This document shows, in pieces, positions 16,965 through 27,043 of a DNA stretch of 33,687 nt. Position 1 is the stretch's first letter. Each line of letters opens with the position of its first letter. The DNA comes from Candidatus Aenigmatarchaeota archaeon. GTDB lineage: Archaea; Aenigmatarchaeota; Aenigmatarchaeia; GW2011-AR5; JAGGXF01. The notes beneath the pieces are model-generated. The model saw only the letters and a program-made list of their open reading frames with translations. It was not told where the DNA came from and did not search any database. The position numbers were made by a program, and so were the translations under genes. The stretch covers positions 1 through 33,687 of the forward strand of contig JAOZPR010000007.1 in NCBI GenBank assembly GCA_029932645.1, in the 5' to 3' direction.

Positions 16965-19298
16965 ATGATATATATAAAAAAAGATGTTCCTTTTGAATTA
17001 CATGAAATAAATCTGAAAGACGCAACAGACGAGGTGTTGAAAAAAATAAGCAAGGAAACGGGTGTTGGTCTGAGCTTGGAGGAGATGCAAGTCATAAGGG
17101 ATTATTTTGTAAAACAAGGTAGAAATCCAACTGATGTTGAGCTTCAGGCGCTTGGTCAGTCTTGGAGTGAGCACTGCTCTTACAAAACTTCAAAGCCTAT
17201 ACTTAAAAAATTTATTTTCAACATAGAAGCGCCACAAAATATTTTGGTGATAAAAGAAGATGCCGGCGTTGTTGAGTTTGACGAAAACCATGCATATGTG
17301 GTTGCACTAGAATCACATAATCATCCTTCTGCTGTGGAACCCTATGGTGGGGCTGCCACAGGTATAGGTGGAATTCTGAGGGACGTTGTCTGTATGGGTG
17401 CCCAGCCGGTTGCTCTCATAGACCCGTTGTTTTTTGGCGAGCTTGGTTATAAGTATGAAAAATTACCCAGGGGCGTAAAACACCCATTATATTTGTTCTC
17501 AGAAGTTGTTGCTGGTATAAGGGACTATGGAAACCGGGTTGGAATACCAACAACAACAGGCATGGTCTACTTTGATAATTCTTATATCGGAAACTGTCTT
17601 GTAAATGTCGGCTGCGTCGGAATAGTCAGAAAAAATGAAATAATAAGGAGTGCTGTTAAAAACTCAGATGACGTTTTTATATTGCTGGGTGGAAAAACAG
17701 GAAGAGACGGTATTCATGGCGTGACCTTTGCGTCTGCTGAACTTGACGAATCATCTGAGTCAGAAAGCCGTGGCGCTGTCCAAGTCGGCGACCCCATAAC
17801 AAAAGAACCGCTGATGCATGTGTGCCTTGAAGCGAACAAGAGAGGCCTTCTCACTGGGATGAAAGATCTCGGTGGTGGCGGGCTGTCTTGCGTTACTGGT
17901 GAAATGGCACTTGCGGGTGGATATGGAGCAAAAATAGACCTCGATAAAGTGCCGTTGAAAGAGGGAGACATGTCGCCATGGGAGATATGGGTATCTGAAT
18001 CTCAGGAAAGAATGATGGTTGCTGCACGCCCGGACAAGGTGGATGAGATATTAGACTTGTGCAAACTCTGGGACGTTCAGGCAACAATCATAGGAAATGC
18101 GAAAGAAGGTAAGAAAATCGAAGTCTATTATAAAGGTGCTAAAGTAGTTGACATGGACATAGAGTTCTTTGTTGACAGCCCGGTTTACCACAGAAAATAT
18201 GAGATAAAAAAGAAAGAAATTTTAGAGTCAGATGTAAAAGAACCCGAAGACTATGAAAAAATTATTCTTGATTTGTTATCGTCGCTTAACATAGCAAACA
18301 GGGAACGAATAATCAGGCAGTATGACCACGAGGTCAGAGCAGCAACTGTTCTCAAGCCCATGCAGGGCAAGCTTGGCTCTTACACACATGGCGATGCTGC
18401 AGTTATCAAACCTCTGGAAGAATCCTATAGGGGGCTTGCGCTGAGCGCAGATGTAAATCCAAGTTATATTGAAATAGACCCGTTTTTGGGTTCGGCCTCT
18501 GCCATAGACGAAGTCTGCAGAAATCTGGTTGCTGTCGGGGCAAGACCGCATTCGTTTGCGGACTGTCTGAATTTTGGCAATCCAGAAAAACCAGACAGGC
18601 TTGGCGTCTTTTACGAGGCATGCCGCGGTCTTGGTTATGTTGCCAAGGGGCTTGGTGTGCCGTTTGTGAGCGGAAATGTAAGTTTCTATAATGAATATAC
18701 AGAAGGTCCGGTAGCGCCAACACCTACAATACTTGGTATAGGAATCGTAAAAGACGTAAGAAAAACTTGCACAACAGATTTGAAACATTCTGATAACGAG
18801 CTGTATCTGATAGGTGAAACGAAAAAAGAGATGGGCGGGTCTGAATATTACAAACTAATAGGTGCAAAAAGTTCAACCGTGCCTAAGGTTGACTTGGAGA
18901 ATCTGAAGAATTCTATTAATGCTGTGTGCACTGCAATAGAAGAAGGCATCGTTGAATCCTGCCATGATATTTCTGAAGGCGGATTGGCAACATGCATCTC
19001 AGAGATGATGATCGGTGGCGATATCGGAGCTGAATTGGATATTAGAAACGTGGCTGAGCTGAGACCAGACTACAAACTTTTTTCACAGTCAAACACGCGC
19101 TGGGTTGTTGAAATAAAAAAAGAAAACAAAGATGATTTCGAAAACTTGATGCAGAAGAATAATGTGACTTTTTTCAAAATCGGAAAAGTTTGCGGTCATC
19201 GCCTGATTATAAAAGATAATGGGAAAGAAATTGCTAACATTCCTATTGAAAAGATAAGAGCATCTTGGAACGATGGTATTAGCAAATACCTTGGCTAA
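16965..19298 (+). CDS. purL: FGAM synthase subunit PurL (small form)
   Basis: RNPTDVE, WSEHCSYK, ESHNHPSAVEPYGGAATGIGGILRD, TGRDGIHG, DLGGGGL, SESQERM, DCLNFGNPE, SGNVSFYN. Confidence 0.97.
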   Translation: MIYIKKDVPFELHEINLKDATDEVLKKISKETGVGLSLEEMQVIRDYFVKQGRNPTDVELQALGQSWSEHCSYKTSKPILKKFIFNIEAPQNILVIKEDAGVVEFDENHAYVVALESHNHPSAVEPYGGAATGIGGILRDVVCMGAQPVALIDPLFFGELGYKYEKLPRGVKHPLYLFSEVVAGIRDYGNRVGIPTTTGMVYFDNSYIGNCLVNVGCVGIVRKNEIIRSAVKNSDDVFILLGGKTGRDGIHGVTFASAELDESSESESRGAVQVGDPITKEPLMHVCLEANKRGLLTGMKDLGGGGLSCVTGEMALAGGYGAKIDLDKVPLKEGDMSPWEIWVSESQERMMVAARPDKVDEILDLCKLWDVQATIIGNAKEGKKIEVYYKGAKVVDMDIEFFVDSPVYHRKYEIKKKEILESDVKEPEDYEKIILDLLSSLNIANRERIIRQYDHEVRAATVLKPMQGKLGSYTHGDAAVIKPLEESYRGLALSADVNPSYIEIDPFLGSASAIDEVCRNLVAVGARPHSFADCLNFGNPEKPDRLGVFYEACRGLGYVAKGLGVPFVSGNVSFYNEYTEGPVAPTPTILGIGIVKDVRKTCTTDLKHSDNELYLIGETKKEMGGSEYYKLIGAKSSTVPKVDLENLKNSINAVCTAIEEGIVESCHDISEGGLATCISEMMIGGDIGAELDIRNVAELRPDYKLFSQSNTRWVVEIKKENKDDFENLMQKNNVTFFKIGKVCGHRLIIKDNGKEIANIPIEKIRASWNDGISKYLG

Positions 19299-19335
19299 AA
19301 TCTTGCTTTGCTACTAGATACTTGGTGGTGTCTAA

Positions 19336-20160
19336 ATGAAGAAGGATAACATAAAGATTTGTGTCCTGAGGATGGAAGGAACGAACTGCGAGCAAGAGGT
19401 TTATTACTGCTTCAAAAGACTTGGTGTTAAACCAGAGCTGGTTCATCTGAACCAACTCACGGGTGGCCGTGATAAAAGAAACCTCTCAGACTATCAAGGC
19501 ATTGTGATACCTGGCGGTTTCTCTGCCGGGGATTATGTAAGAGCTGGTGCAATTTTTGCAGCCAGAATAAAAAGCAAACTTATAGCCGACCTCAAAAAAT
19601 TCGTCGAAGACGGTTATCCCATCATTGGGATATGCAACGGATTTCAGGTACTGGTAGAAATAGGGCTTCTACCAGCTATGGATGCTTCTATCTCAAAATA
19701 CCCACAGGTTGTTCTCAACATCAACGACTCATTTCGGTTTGAGTGCAGACCAACACTGATAAAAAATGTGAATAAAGGAAAGTGTATATTTACAAAGAAA
19801 ATAGAAAAAAATAAAATCCTCAGAATACCTTGTGCTCACGCAGAAGGAAAATTTATGTTTCCGGCTGGAAAAGAAGCTGAACTGTTGCAAAAATTGATAG
19901 ACAACGACCAGGTTGTTTTTAGATACGTTGACCCCGACGGAAAATATGCTGGTTATCCGTGGAACCCAAACGGTTCTCTCTACAATATTGCGGGCATATG
20001 CAACTTGTACGGGAATGTTATGGGGATGATGCCGCACCCAGAGCGGGTTTTTTACAGCTACACAAACCCAGACTGGACTCGCTCCAAAAATGGAAACCTG
20101 GACGGTGATGGAAAAGCAATATTTGAGTCTACCGTGAACTATATAAGAAGAAAATTTTAG
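19336..20160 (+). CDS. purQ: FGAM synthase glutaminase subunit PurQ
   Basis: GTNCE, PGGFSAGDY, GICNGFQ, AHAEG, NPNGS, GMMPHPER. Confidence 0.97.
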   Translation: MKKDNIKICVLRMEGTNCEQEVYYCFKRLGVKPELVHLNQLTGGRDKRNLSDYQGIVIPGGFSAGDYVRAGAIFAARIKSKLIADLKKFVEDGYPIIGICNGFQVLVEIGLLPAMDASISKYPQVVLNINDSFRFECRPTLIKNVNKGKCIFTKKIEKNKILRIPCAHAEGKFMFPAGKEAELLQKLIDNDQVVFRYVDPDGKYAGYPWNPNGSLYNIAGICNLYGNVMGMMPHPERVFYSYTNPDWTRSKNGNLDGDGKAIFESTVNYIRRKF

Positions 20161-20225
20161 AGGAGATGCTTTTAGATAAGAGAGATAAGAGATAAGAATC
20201 GATGAGAATCCTGGAGGAGTTTTAC

Positions 20226-21653
20226 ATGTGTGGGTTTATAGGCATAATAAATCTGGAAAAAAAAGATGTTTCGAAAGAACTGGCCACCGGACTGCTGAGC
20301 ATCCAACATCGTGGACAGGACTCTGCCGGCATTATAACATCGCGCATAAATCAGTTTTATATAAAAAAAGATGTGGGACTGGTCGACGAAGTTTTTAGGG
20401 AAGACGACCTGAAAGCCTTGAAAGGAGATATTGGAATCGCCCATGTAAGATATAGTACAATCGGCTTTGAAGCAAAAAATGATGCGCAACCTTTTTTTGT
20501 TAACTATCCTTTTGGCATAGCAATGGCGCATAATGGTAATGTTGCTAATTATGAAGAAATGCGAAAAAAATTAGAAGAAGAATCCCACAGACAACTTACC
20601 TCGAAATGTGATGTTGAACTCATACTTAATGTTTTTGCAGATGAACTGTCCAAATTCTCTGGTGGCTTTTCAGTAGAAAATGTTTTTGCAGCACTTGTTC
20701 CGCTAATGAAAAAAATAAATGGTAGCTATTCTGCGGTAACTGTTATTAACAATCATGGGTTGTTAGCCTTCCGGGATCCATATGGAATAAAACCAATAGT
20801 CTTTGGTAAGAACGACTCTGGCTTTATATTTGCCTCAGAAACTGTTGTTCTGGACCTGTTGGAATATGACTACATAAAAGACCTCAAGGCCGGTGAGGCG
20901 GTTTTTGTAGATAAGAGCGGACAGATATATTCGAAAATGATAGAAAAAAGAAAAAGAGCACCCTGTATGTTTGAGTGGGTATACTTTGCAAGGCCAGATT
21001 CTGTGATAGAAGGAAAAAGCGTCTATGATATTAGACTAAAACTTGGTAAAGAACTTGCAAGAAATTGGGACAAAAAAATTGATGTGGTAATACCTGTCCC
21101 AGACACATCAAGAACAGCAGCCATGTCCTTCGCAGAAATGGTTGGGGCTCCCTATAGAGAAGGCCTGATAAAAAACAGATACATAGGGCGAACTTTCATA
21201 ATGCCTGCCCAGACAAAAAGAGATGGGGCAGTAAAAGTAAAGCTAAACCCTATTATACCGGAGATAAAAGGAAAGAAGATTGCCTTGGTGGATGACAGCA
21301 TTGTTAGGGGAACGACATCAAAAAGGCTGGTAACTCTTATGAAGAAGGCCGGCGCAAAAGAAGTTCACCTAGTAATAACGTGTCCGCCTATAAAATATCC
21401 ATGCTTTTATGGAATAGACATAGCAACCAGAAAAGAACTTATAGCATCTGATAAAGGAATAGAGGAAATAAGGAAGACGCTCGGTGCAGACTCAGTGACA
21501 TACCAAACAATAGAAGGGCTTAGAAAAGCGATTGGCTTGGAATCATTGTGCACTGCCTGCTTGACAGGAGATTATCCTACTGGCTTAAGAGAAAATGATA
21601 TTTCTCATCTGGAAAAAACAAGAGAGGCCGAAAAGTCTCGGGTGGTGGTATAA
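20226..21653 (+). CDS. purF: Amidophosphoribosyltransferase
   Basis: N-terminal MCG nucleophile after GGAGG, QHRGQDSAG, HVRYST, HNGN, YFARPDS, LVDDSIVRGTTS, Fe-S cysteines PCFYG and CTAC. Confidence 0.97.
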   Translation: MCGFIGIINLEKKDVSKELATGLLSIQHRGQDSAGIITSRINQFYIKKDVGLVDEVFREDDLKALKGDIGIAHVRYSTIGFEAKNDAQPFFVNYPFGIAMAHNGNVANYEEMRKKLEEESHRQLTSKCDVELILNVFADELSKFSGGFSVENVFAALVPLMKKINGSYSAVTVINNHGLLAFRDPYGIKPIVFGKNDSGFIFASETVVLDLLEYDYIKDLKAGEAVFVDKSGQIYSKMIEKRKRAPCMFEWVYFARPDSVIEGKSVYDIRLKLGKELARNWDKKIDVVIPVPDTSRTAAMSFAEMVGAPYREGLIKNRYIGRTFIMPAQTKRDGAVKVKLNPIIPEIKGKKIALVDDSIVRGTTSKRLVTLMKKAGAKEVHLVITCPPIKYPCFYGIDIATRKELIASDKGIEEIRKTLGADSVTYQTIEGLRKAIGLESLCTACLTGDYPTGLRENDISHLEKTREAEKSRVVV

Positions 21654-22985
21654 ATGAAAATACTCTTGATTGGTAATGGTGCTAGAGAACATGTTATTGT
21701 TGAAACGCTCGCCAGAAGCAAACACAAACCAAAAATATACAGTGTGGTCAGCGCCAAAAATCCAGGAATACTGAAACTTTCTGAAGATTTTGTTGTTGGT
21801 AACGTGACCGATGTTGAGCTAGTGTCGTCATTTGCAAAAGAAAAGGCTGTTGATTTTGCAGTAATTGGGCCGGAAGCCCCCCTAGCATTTGGTGTTTCAG
21901 ATGCGCTAGAGAAAATCGGTGTTCCATGCGTTGCACCGTCAAAGTCAGCAGCGCGCCTGGAAACAGACAAATCTTTTGTAAAAAATTTAATGGAGAAACA
22001 CAAAACCCCCGGAAGGATTATATCAAAAGTGTTTGCTGACGCAGACGAACTTTGCTCTTTTATAGACTCTTTTGGAAAACCTGTTGTTATTAAGCCGCTT
22101 GGTTTAACCGGGGGAAAAGGAGTTAAAATAGTAGACCCGAAACTCAGTGGCCAGCTTAAGAGTAACGAAGAAGCAAAAAGATATGGAAAAAAAATTATAG
22201 AAAAAGGAATAAGCGGATTCAACAAAGCCCTTGTCGAAGAAAAGGTTATCGGCGAGGAATTCACATTGCAGGCATTCACAGACGGAGCAACGGTAAAATC
22301 AATGCCGCTTGTTCAGGACCATAAGTTTGCATACGAAGGAGATAACGGTCCGTTCACAGGTGGCATGGGCTCCTATTCTGATTCAAATCACTTGCTGCCT
22401 TTCATGACAACCGAAGACAAGGACGCAGCAGTAAAAGTCATGGAAAAAGTCGTGGACGCAATGAACAAAGAGGGAATAACCTACAAAGGCGTGATATATG
22501 GCGGATTCATGCTTACAAGAAACGGCCCGAAGATACTTGAGTTCAATGCCCGTTTTGGTGACCCAGAAGCAATGAATGTTCTGCCTTTGTTGGAAACGGA
22601 CTTTGTGGATATATGCCAAGCCATCATAGAACAAAGACTTTCCAAAATTGATGTTGCCTTTTCAAACCTGGCTACAGTGTGTAAATATGCCGTGCCCAAA
22701 GGTTATCCTACAAATCCTGTCGCAAACCAGAAAATCGTTATAAAGAACATCCCAAAAGACGCGCGTCTGTATTATGCGTCTGTTGACCAGAGAGAAGATG
22801 GGCTTTACATGACAAAATCTAGAGCATTGGCCTGCGTTGGGGTAGATAAAACACTAGAAGGTGCTGAGAAGATTGCACAAGCAGCCATAAGCAATATCAC
22901 CGGCCCTGTACATTATCGTCCGGATATAGGAACCGCACCACTCATACAAAAAAGAATAAAACACATGGAGGAGCTTCGCAAATGA
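21654..22985 (+). CDS. purD: Phosphoribosylamine-glycine ligase (archaeal type)
   Basis: IGNGAREH, IGPEAPL, KPLGLTGGKGV, QDHK, GPFTGGMGSYS, EFNARFGDPE. Confidence 0.97.
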   Translation: MKILLIGNGAREHVIVETLARSKHKPKIYSVVSAKNPGILKLSEDFVVGNVTDVELVSSFAKEKAVDFAVIGPEAPLAFGVSDALEKIGVPCVAPSKSAARLETDKSFVKNLMEKHKTPGRIISKVFADADELCSFIDSFGKPVVIKPLGLTGGKGVKIVDPKLSGQLKSNEEAKRYGKKIIEKGISGFNKALVEEKVIGEEFTLQAFTDGATVKSMPLVQDHKFAYEGDNGPFTGGMGSYSDSNHLLPFMTTEDKDAAVKVMEKVVDAMNKEGITYKGVIYGGFMLTRNGPKILEFNARFGDPEAMNVLPLLETDFVDICQAIIEQRLSKIDVAFSNLATVCKYAVPKGYPTNPVANQKIVIKNIPKDARLYYASVDQREDGLYMTKSRALACVGVDKTLEGAEKIAQAAISNITGPVHYRPDIGTAPLIQKRIKHMEELRK

Positions 22986-23563
22986 AACGTAAGATTAGAG
23001 CAGAGATGATGAAGAAGAGAGCAGCTATGAATAAAGAAGACTTGCTTAGCAGAAGCGCTGTTATATGCGAAACCCTCAGAAAATTAGAAGAATTTAAAAA
23101 TGCGAAAAATGTTTTGTTTTATGTTTCTACAAAGAACGAGGTTGAAACACAGGTGATGTTAAAAGAGCTCCTAAAAGCCGGTGAAAAAAACATTGTCGTG
23201 CCGGTGACTGATAAGAAAACTAGCACACTTAATTTGTCTTTGATAAAAGATTTTTCAGAACTGGTTCCAAAAACCCATGAAATACTTGAACCTGCAGACG
23301 AGTTCATAAGACCAGTCAGTCCTGAAAAAATAGACTTGGTAATAACGCCTGGAATAGCATTTGATGAAAATGGAAATAGAATCGGTTCTGGCTGCGGCTA
23401 TTATGACCGGTTGTTGTGCGGTATGAAAAACGCCAAAAAAATAGGGCTCGCTTTTGAACTACAAATTTTACCAAAATTACCATGCTACGACCATGATGTT
23501 CCTCTTGACATTATCATAACAGAAGAGAGGATTATTAGATTGGATGAAAAACGAAGAATATGA
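22982..23563 (+). CDS. fthC: 5-formyltetrahydrofolate cyclo-ligase (MTHFS/YgfA)
   Basis: EVET, ILEP, DLVITPGIAFDENGNRIGSGCGYYDR, HDVPLDIIITE. Confidence 0.94.
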   Translation: MKRKIRAEMMKKRAAMNKEDLLSRSAVICETLRKLEEFKNAKNVLFYVSTKNEVETQVMLKELLKAGEKNIVVPVTDKKTSTLNLSLIKDFSELVPKTHEILEPADEFIRPVSPEKIDLVITPGIAFDENGNRIGSGCGYYDRLLCGMKNAKKIGLAFELQILPKLPCYDHDVPLDIIITEERIIRLDEKRRI

Positions 23564-23627
23564 AAAAATATGAAAACGAATAATATGAGAGAAAATATGA
23601 GAAAATATGATATAGGGGTGATATGAA
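23541..23627 (+). repeat. Degenerate tandem AATATGA repeats spanning the fthC stop and the spacer before glyA
   Basis: gaatatgaaaaaatatgaaaacgaataatatgagagaaaatatgagaaaatatgatata: five AATATGA units, the first containing the fthC stop. Confidence 0.75.
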
Positions 23628-24884
23628 ATGTTGGGATTTTTAGAGAAATCTGATCCGCAAATAGCAGAAGCAGTCAGAAACGAATTGAAAAGGATAAGAA
23701 ATGGTGTAGAGTTGATACCTTCTGAGAACTTTGTGAGCCTGGCTGTCCTGGAAGCGATGGGAACAGTTTTTACAAACAAATATTCAGAAGGGTACCCACA
23801 TAAAAGATACTATGGTGGAAACGAATTTGTTGATGTTGTAGAAGATCTTGCAATTGCCCGCGCCAAGAAATTGTTCGGAGCAGAACATGCCAATGTTCAG
23901 CCATATTCTGGCAGTCCTGCAAACCTGGCTTGTTTTTTTGCACTGCTAGATCGCGGTGACATATTTATGGGCCTAGATCTAAGCTGTGGCGGACATTTGA
24001 CCCATGGCAGCCCTGTTAACTTCTCGGGGAAATGGTACAGGTGTATACCATATGCGGTTGATAAGGAAACAGAGCTTATAGATATGGATGAAGTAAGAAA
24101 AATAGCATTGAAAGCAAAACCAAAAATGATACTGTCTGGACTTACTTGCTATCCAAGGGTTTTGAACTTCAAGGCGTTTCAAGAAATAGCTGACGAAGTT
24201 GGTGCATATCATATGTCAGACATATCACATATTGCAGGGTTGGTTGCTGCTGGAATTCATATGAGTCCAGTGCCTTTTGCTGATGTAGTCACAACAACAA
24301 CCCATAAAACAATCAGGGGTCCAAGGGGCGCGATGATATTATGTAAAGAAAAACACGCAGCAGCAATAGACAAGGCTGTTTTTCCAGGTTTACAGGGTGG
24401 ACCACATGACCACATAACAGCTGCCAAAGCTGTTGCATTTCATGAAGACTTGCAGCCGGAGTTCAAGGACTATGCAAAGCAAATAGTTAAAAATGCAAAG
24501 GTATTGGCTGAAGAGCTTATGAGCCTCGGCATTAAGCTGGTCACAAACGGAACAGATAACCACTTGATGCTGATAGACTTGACCAAAAAGAATCTGACAG
24601 GAAAAGGCAAAGCGGTCCAAAATGCTCTCGAAGCCGCGGGTATATTCGTTAACAAAAATACAATTCCATATGAACCGGGAACACCCTTCAATCCAAGCGG
24701 CATAAGACTTGGAACGCCTGCTGTGACAACAAGAGGATTCAAAGAGAGCGAAATGAAGGTAATAGCAAAAGGTATAGCTAGTGTTATCGACAACTATGAA
24801 GACCCGACCGTGATAAAAAAGGTGAAAGAAGACATGCTTGAATTGTGCAAAGGCTTCCCACTATATCCTGAGCTGGATGAGTGA
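23628..24884 (+). CDS. glyA: Serine hydroxymethyltransferase (bacterial-like, THF-dependent)
   Basis: [50 protein letters not shown] (PLP Lys), [17 protein letters not shown]. Confidence 0.97.
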   Translation: MLGFLEKSDPQIAEAVRNELKRIRNGVELIPSENFVSLAVLEAMGTVFTNKYSEGYPHKRYYGGNEFVDVVEDLAIARAKKLFGAEHANVQPYSGSPANLACFFALLDRGDIFMGLDLSCGGHLTHGSPVNFSGKWYRCIPYAVDKETELIDMDEVRKIALKAKPKMILSGLTCYPRVLNFKAFQEIADEVGAYHMSDISHIAGLVAAGIHMSPVPFADVVTTTTHKTIRGPRGAMILCKEKHAAAIDKAVFPGLQGGPHDHITAAKAVAFHEDLQPEFKDYAKQIVKNAKVLAEELMSLGIKLVTNGTDNHLMLIDLTKKNLTGKGKAVQNALEAAGIFVNKNTIPYEPGTPFNPSGIRLGTPAVTTRGFKESEMKVIAKGIASVIDNYEDPTVIKKVKEDMLELCKGFPLYPELDE

Positions 24885-24897
24885 ACTAGGAGATGCC

Positions 24898-25557
24898 ATG
24901 TCAATAAAAGAAAACGTAGAGAAGATAAACGAAATCGTGAACGAAAAAGGCCGAAACAGGGTTACGATAGTTGCTGTTACAAAAGGCCGGTCAGAAGATG
25001 AAATAAGAGAAGCTATGCATTGTGGTTTGCGGGTGTTCGGAGAAAACCGAGTGCGAGAAGCCATAGATAAATGGAGCAGCCTAAAAGAGCATAATATTGA
25101 ACTTCACCTCATAGGTCATCTACAGAGCAACAAAGTCAAAAAAGCGGTGGCTTTTTTCGATATGATAGAGTCTGTGGACAGAATGAAAACCGCCGAAAAG
25201 ATAAACAATTATTGTAAGGAAATTGGTAAAAGAATGGGTGTGCTTGCGCAGGTCAATATTGGTGGGGAAGAAACAAAATACGGCATTGCTCCAGAAGCGC
25301 TGATGGACTTTGTACAACAGCTCACGACACTTAAGAATATAGATGTACGTGGATTGATGGCAATAGCCCCGCTTGTCACACCCGAAGAAACAAGACCATA
25401 CTTCAGAAAAATGAAAAAACTTTTTGACGAAACACAAAAAATAAGAACCATGGGATGTCTTTCCATGGGCATGACCAACGACTTTACCGTTGCACTAGAG
25501 GAGGGTTCAAACATGGTAAGACTTGGCCGCGCTATATTTGGTGATTATGATGGCTGA
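24898..25557 (+). CDS. yggS: Pyridoxal phosphate homeostasis protein (YggS/PROSC)
   Basis: VAVTK, FGENRVRE, HLIGHLQSNKVK, RGLMAI, LSMGMTND, MVRLGRAIFG. Confidence 0.95.
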   Translation: MSIKENVEKINEIVNEKGRNRVTIVAVTKGRSEDEIREAMHCGLRVFGENRVREAIDKWSSLKEHNIELHLIGHLQSNKVKKAVAFFDMIESVDRMKTAEKINNYCKEIGKRMGVLAQVNIGGEETKYGIAPEALMDFVQQLTTLKNIDVRGLMAIAPLVTPEETRPYFRKMKKLFDETQKIRTMGCLSMGMTNDFTVALEEGSNMVRLGRAIFGDYDG

Positions 25558-26401
25558 AATAATAGACGGTAAAAAAATAGCTGAGGAGATAGAAAAAAAC
25601 ATAAAAGCAGAACTTGATGCCCTAGAAAAAAAATATTTGAAAAGGCCGTGCCTGGCTGTAATACTTGTTGGTGAAAATGCTGCATCAAAGATTTATGTTC
25701 AAAAAAAAGAAGAGGCCTGCGACGCTGTTGGTGTGTTGTTTAAAAAAATAGAGCTGCCGGAAGCAACAACAGAACAGGAGCTCATTAAAATAATAAGAGA
25801 GCTCAACAATGATAACAAAATTCATGGCATTCTCGTTCAGCTACCTCTTCCAACGCATATAGACAGCAGAAAAATTATAAATACAATATCTCCGACAAAA
25901 GATGTTGATGGTCTGACAGCAGAAAATATGGGAAACCTTCTTCTCAATAACGAAAAGATTTTACCGTGTACGCCGCTCGGGATAATAACAATGCTGAAAA
26001 AAATAGGAGTCGGTGTCGAAGGAAAGAATGTTGTAATAGTCAACCATAGCAAGATTGTCGGCCGGCCACTGGCTGCAATGCTGCTCAACAGAAATGCGAC
26101 ACCAACGATATGCCACATCAAAACAAAAGACCTCAAGAGCCAGACATTAGATGCGGATATACTAGTTACAGCTACCGGAGTCCCGGGACTCATAAAAGCT
26201 GATATGGTAAAGAACGGGGCGGTCGTAATAGACGGAGGCATTAAAAAAGTTGGCGAGAAGGTTGTTGGTGACGTTGAGTTTGAGTCTGTCTCGAAAAAAG
26301 CATCTTATATAACACCTGTACCTGGCGGAGTCGGCCCAATGACCGTTGCTATGGTGCTTGTCAATTTGGTAGAGTTGTTCAAAGAACAAATAAAAAAATA
26401 A
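25550..26401 (+). CDS. folD: Bifunctional methylene-THF dehydrogenase/cyclohydrolase
   Basis: IIDGKKIA, LAVILVG, YVQKK, GILVQLPLP, KDVDG, PCTPLG, TPVPGGVGPMTVAM. Confidence 0.97.
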   Translation: MAEIIDGKKIAEEIEKNIKAELDALEKKYLKRPCLAVILVGENAASKIYVQKKEEACDAVGVLFKKIELPEATTEQELIKIIRELNNDNKIHGILVQLPLPTHIDSRKIINTISPTKDVDGLTAENMGNLLLNNEKILPCTPLGIITMLKKIGVGVEGKNVVIVNHSKIVGRPLAAMLLNRNATPTICHIKTKDLKSQTLDADILVTATGVPGLIKADMVKNGAVVIDGGIKKVGEKVVGDVEFESVSKKASYITPVPGGVGPMTVAMVLVNLVELFKEQIKK

Positions 26402-26442
26402 TCTGAATATTACAAGAGTATTACAAACTAGTTGGTGGTCTT

Positions 26443-27039
26443 ATGAAGGTGAAACCAAAAACTGCTCTGATAAGTGTGTGGGACAAAACCGGACTAATCG
26501 AATTTGGTAAAGGTCTGCAAAGGCTTGGTATCGAAATTATAGCGACCGGCGGAACAGCAAAGTTGCTTAAAGAAAATGATGTGCCTGTGACAGCCGTAGC
26601 TGATTATGCTGACTATCCCGAAATGCTGGATGGTAGAGTCAAGACAATACAGCCGAAGATACAAGGAGGCATCTTAGCCCTGAGAAATAACCATAATCAT
26701 ATGGAACAGTTGAAAGCACACAACATAAAACCAATCGATATCGTTGTATTTAACTTATATCCATTCGAACAGGTTGTAAGCAAAGGGGCTCAAATGGATG
26801 AAGCATTAGAGAATATAGATATCGGAGGTCCGACCTCTATAAGGGCAGCGGCGAAAAACTTCAAAGACGTCATAGTGGTCATAGACTCAGAAGATTATCC
26901 ATGGATAATAAAAGAGCTTGAAGAGAACGGCGACCTAAGCTTTCAACAAAGATTAAAGCTGGCCACAAAGGTTTTCAGGCACACGTCAGAGTATGACCGT
27001 GTGATACAAAAATATCTCAAGGGACAGAACGAAAGGTGA
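26443..27039 (+). CDS. purH: IMP cyclohydrolase (N-terminal MGS-like half of PurH)
   Basis: ALISVWDKTG, ATGGTA, YPEMLDGRVKTIQPKIQGGILA, NLYPF, ENIDIGGP..IRAAAKN. Stops at the interdomain linker. Confidence 0.92.
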   Translation: MKVKPKTALISVWDKTGLIEFGKGLQRLGIEIIATGGTAKLLKENDVPVTAVADYADYPEMLDGRVKTIQPKIQGGILALRNNHNHMEQLKAHNIKPIDIVVFNLYPFEQVVSKGAQMDEALENIDIGGPTSIRAAAKNFKDVIVVIDSEDYPWIIKELEENGDLSFQQRLKLATKVFRHTSEYDRVIQKYLKGQNER

Positions 27040-27043
27040 AAAA

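Noticed and set aside
23541..23627. CRISPR array or small ORF in the AATATGA repeats
   Set aside because: Units are 7-10 bp, degenerate and lack unique spacers. No credible ORF.
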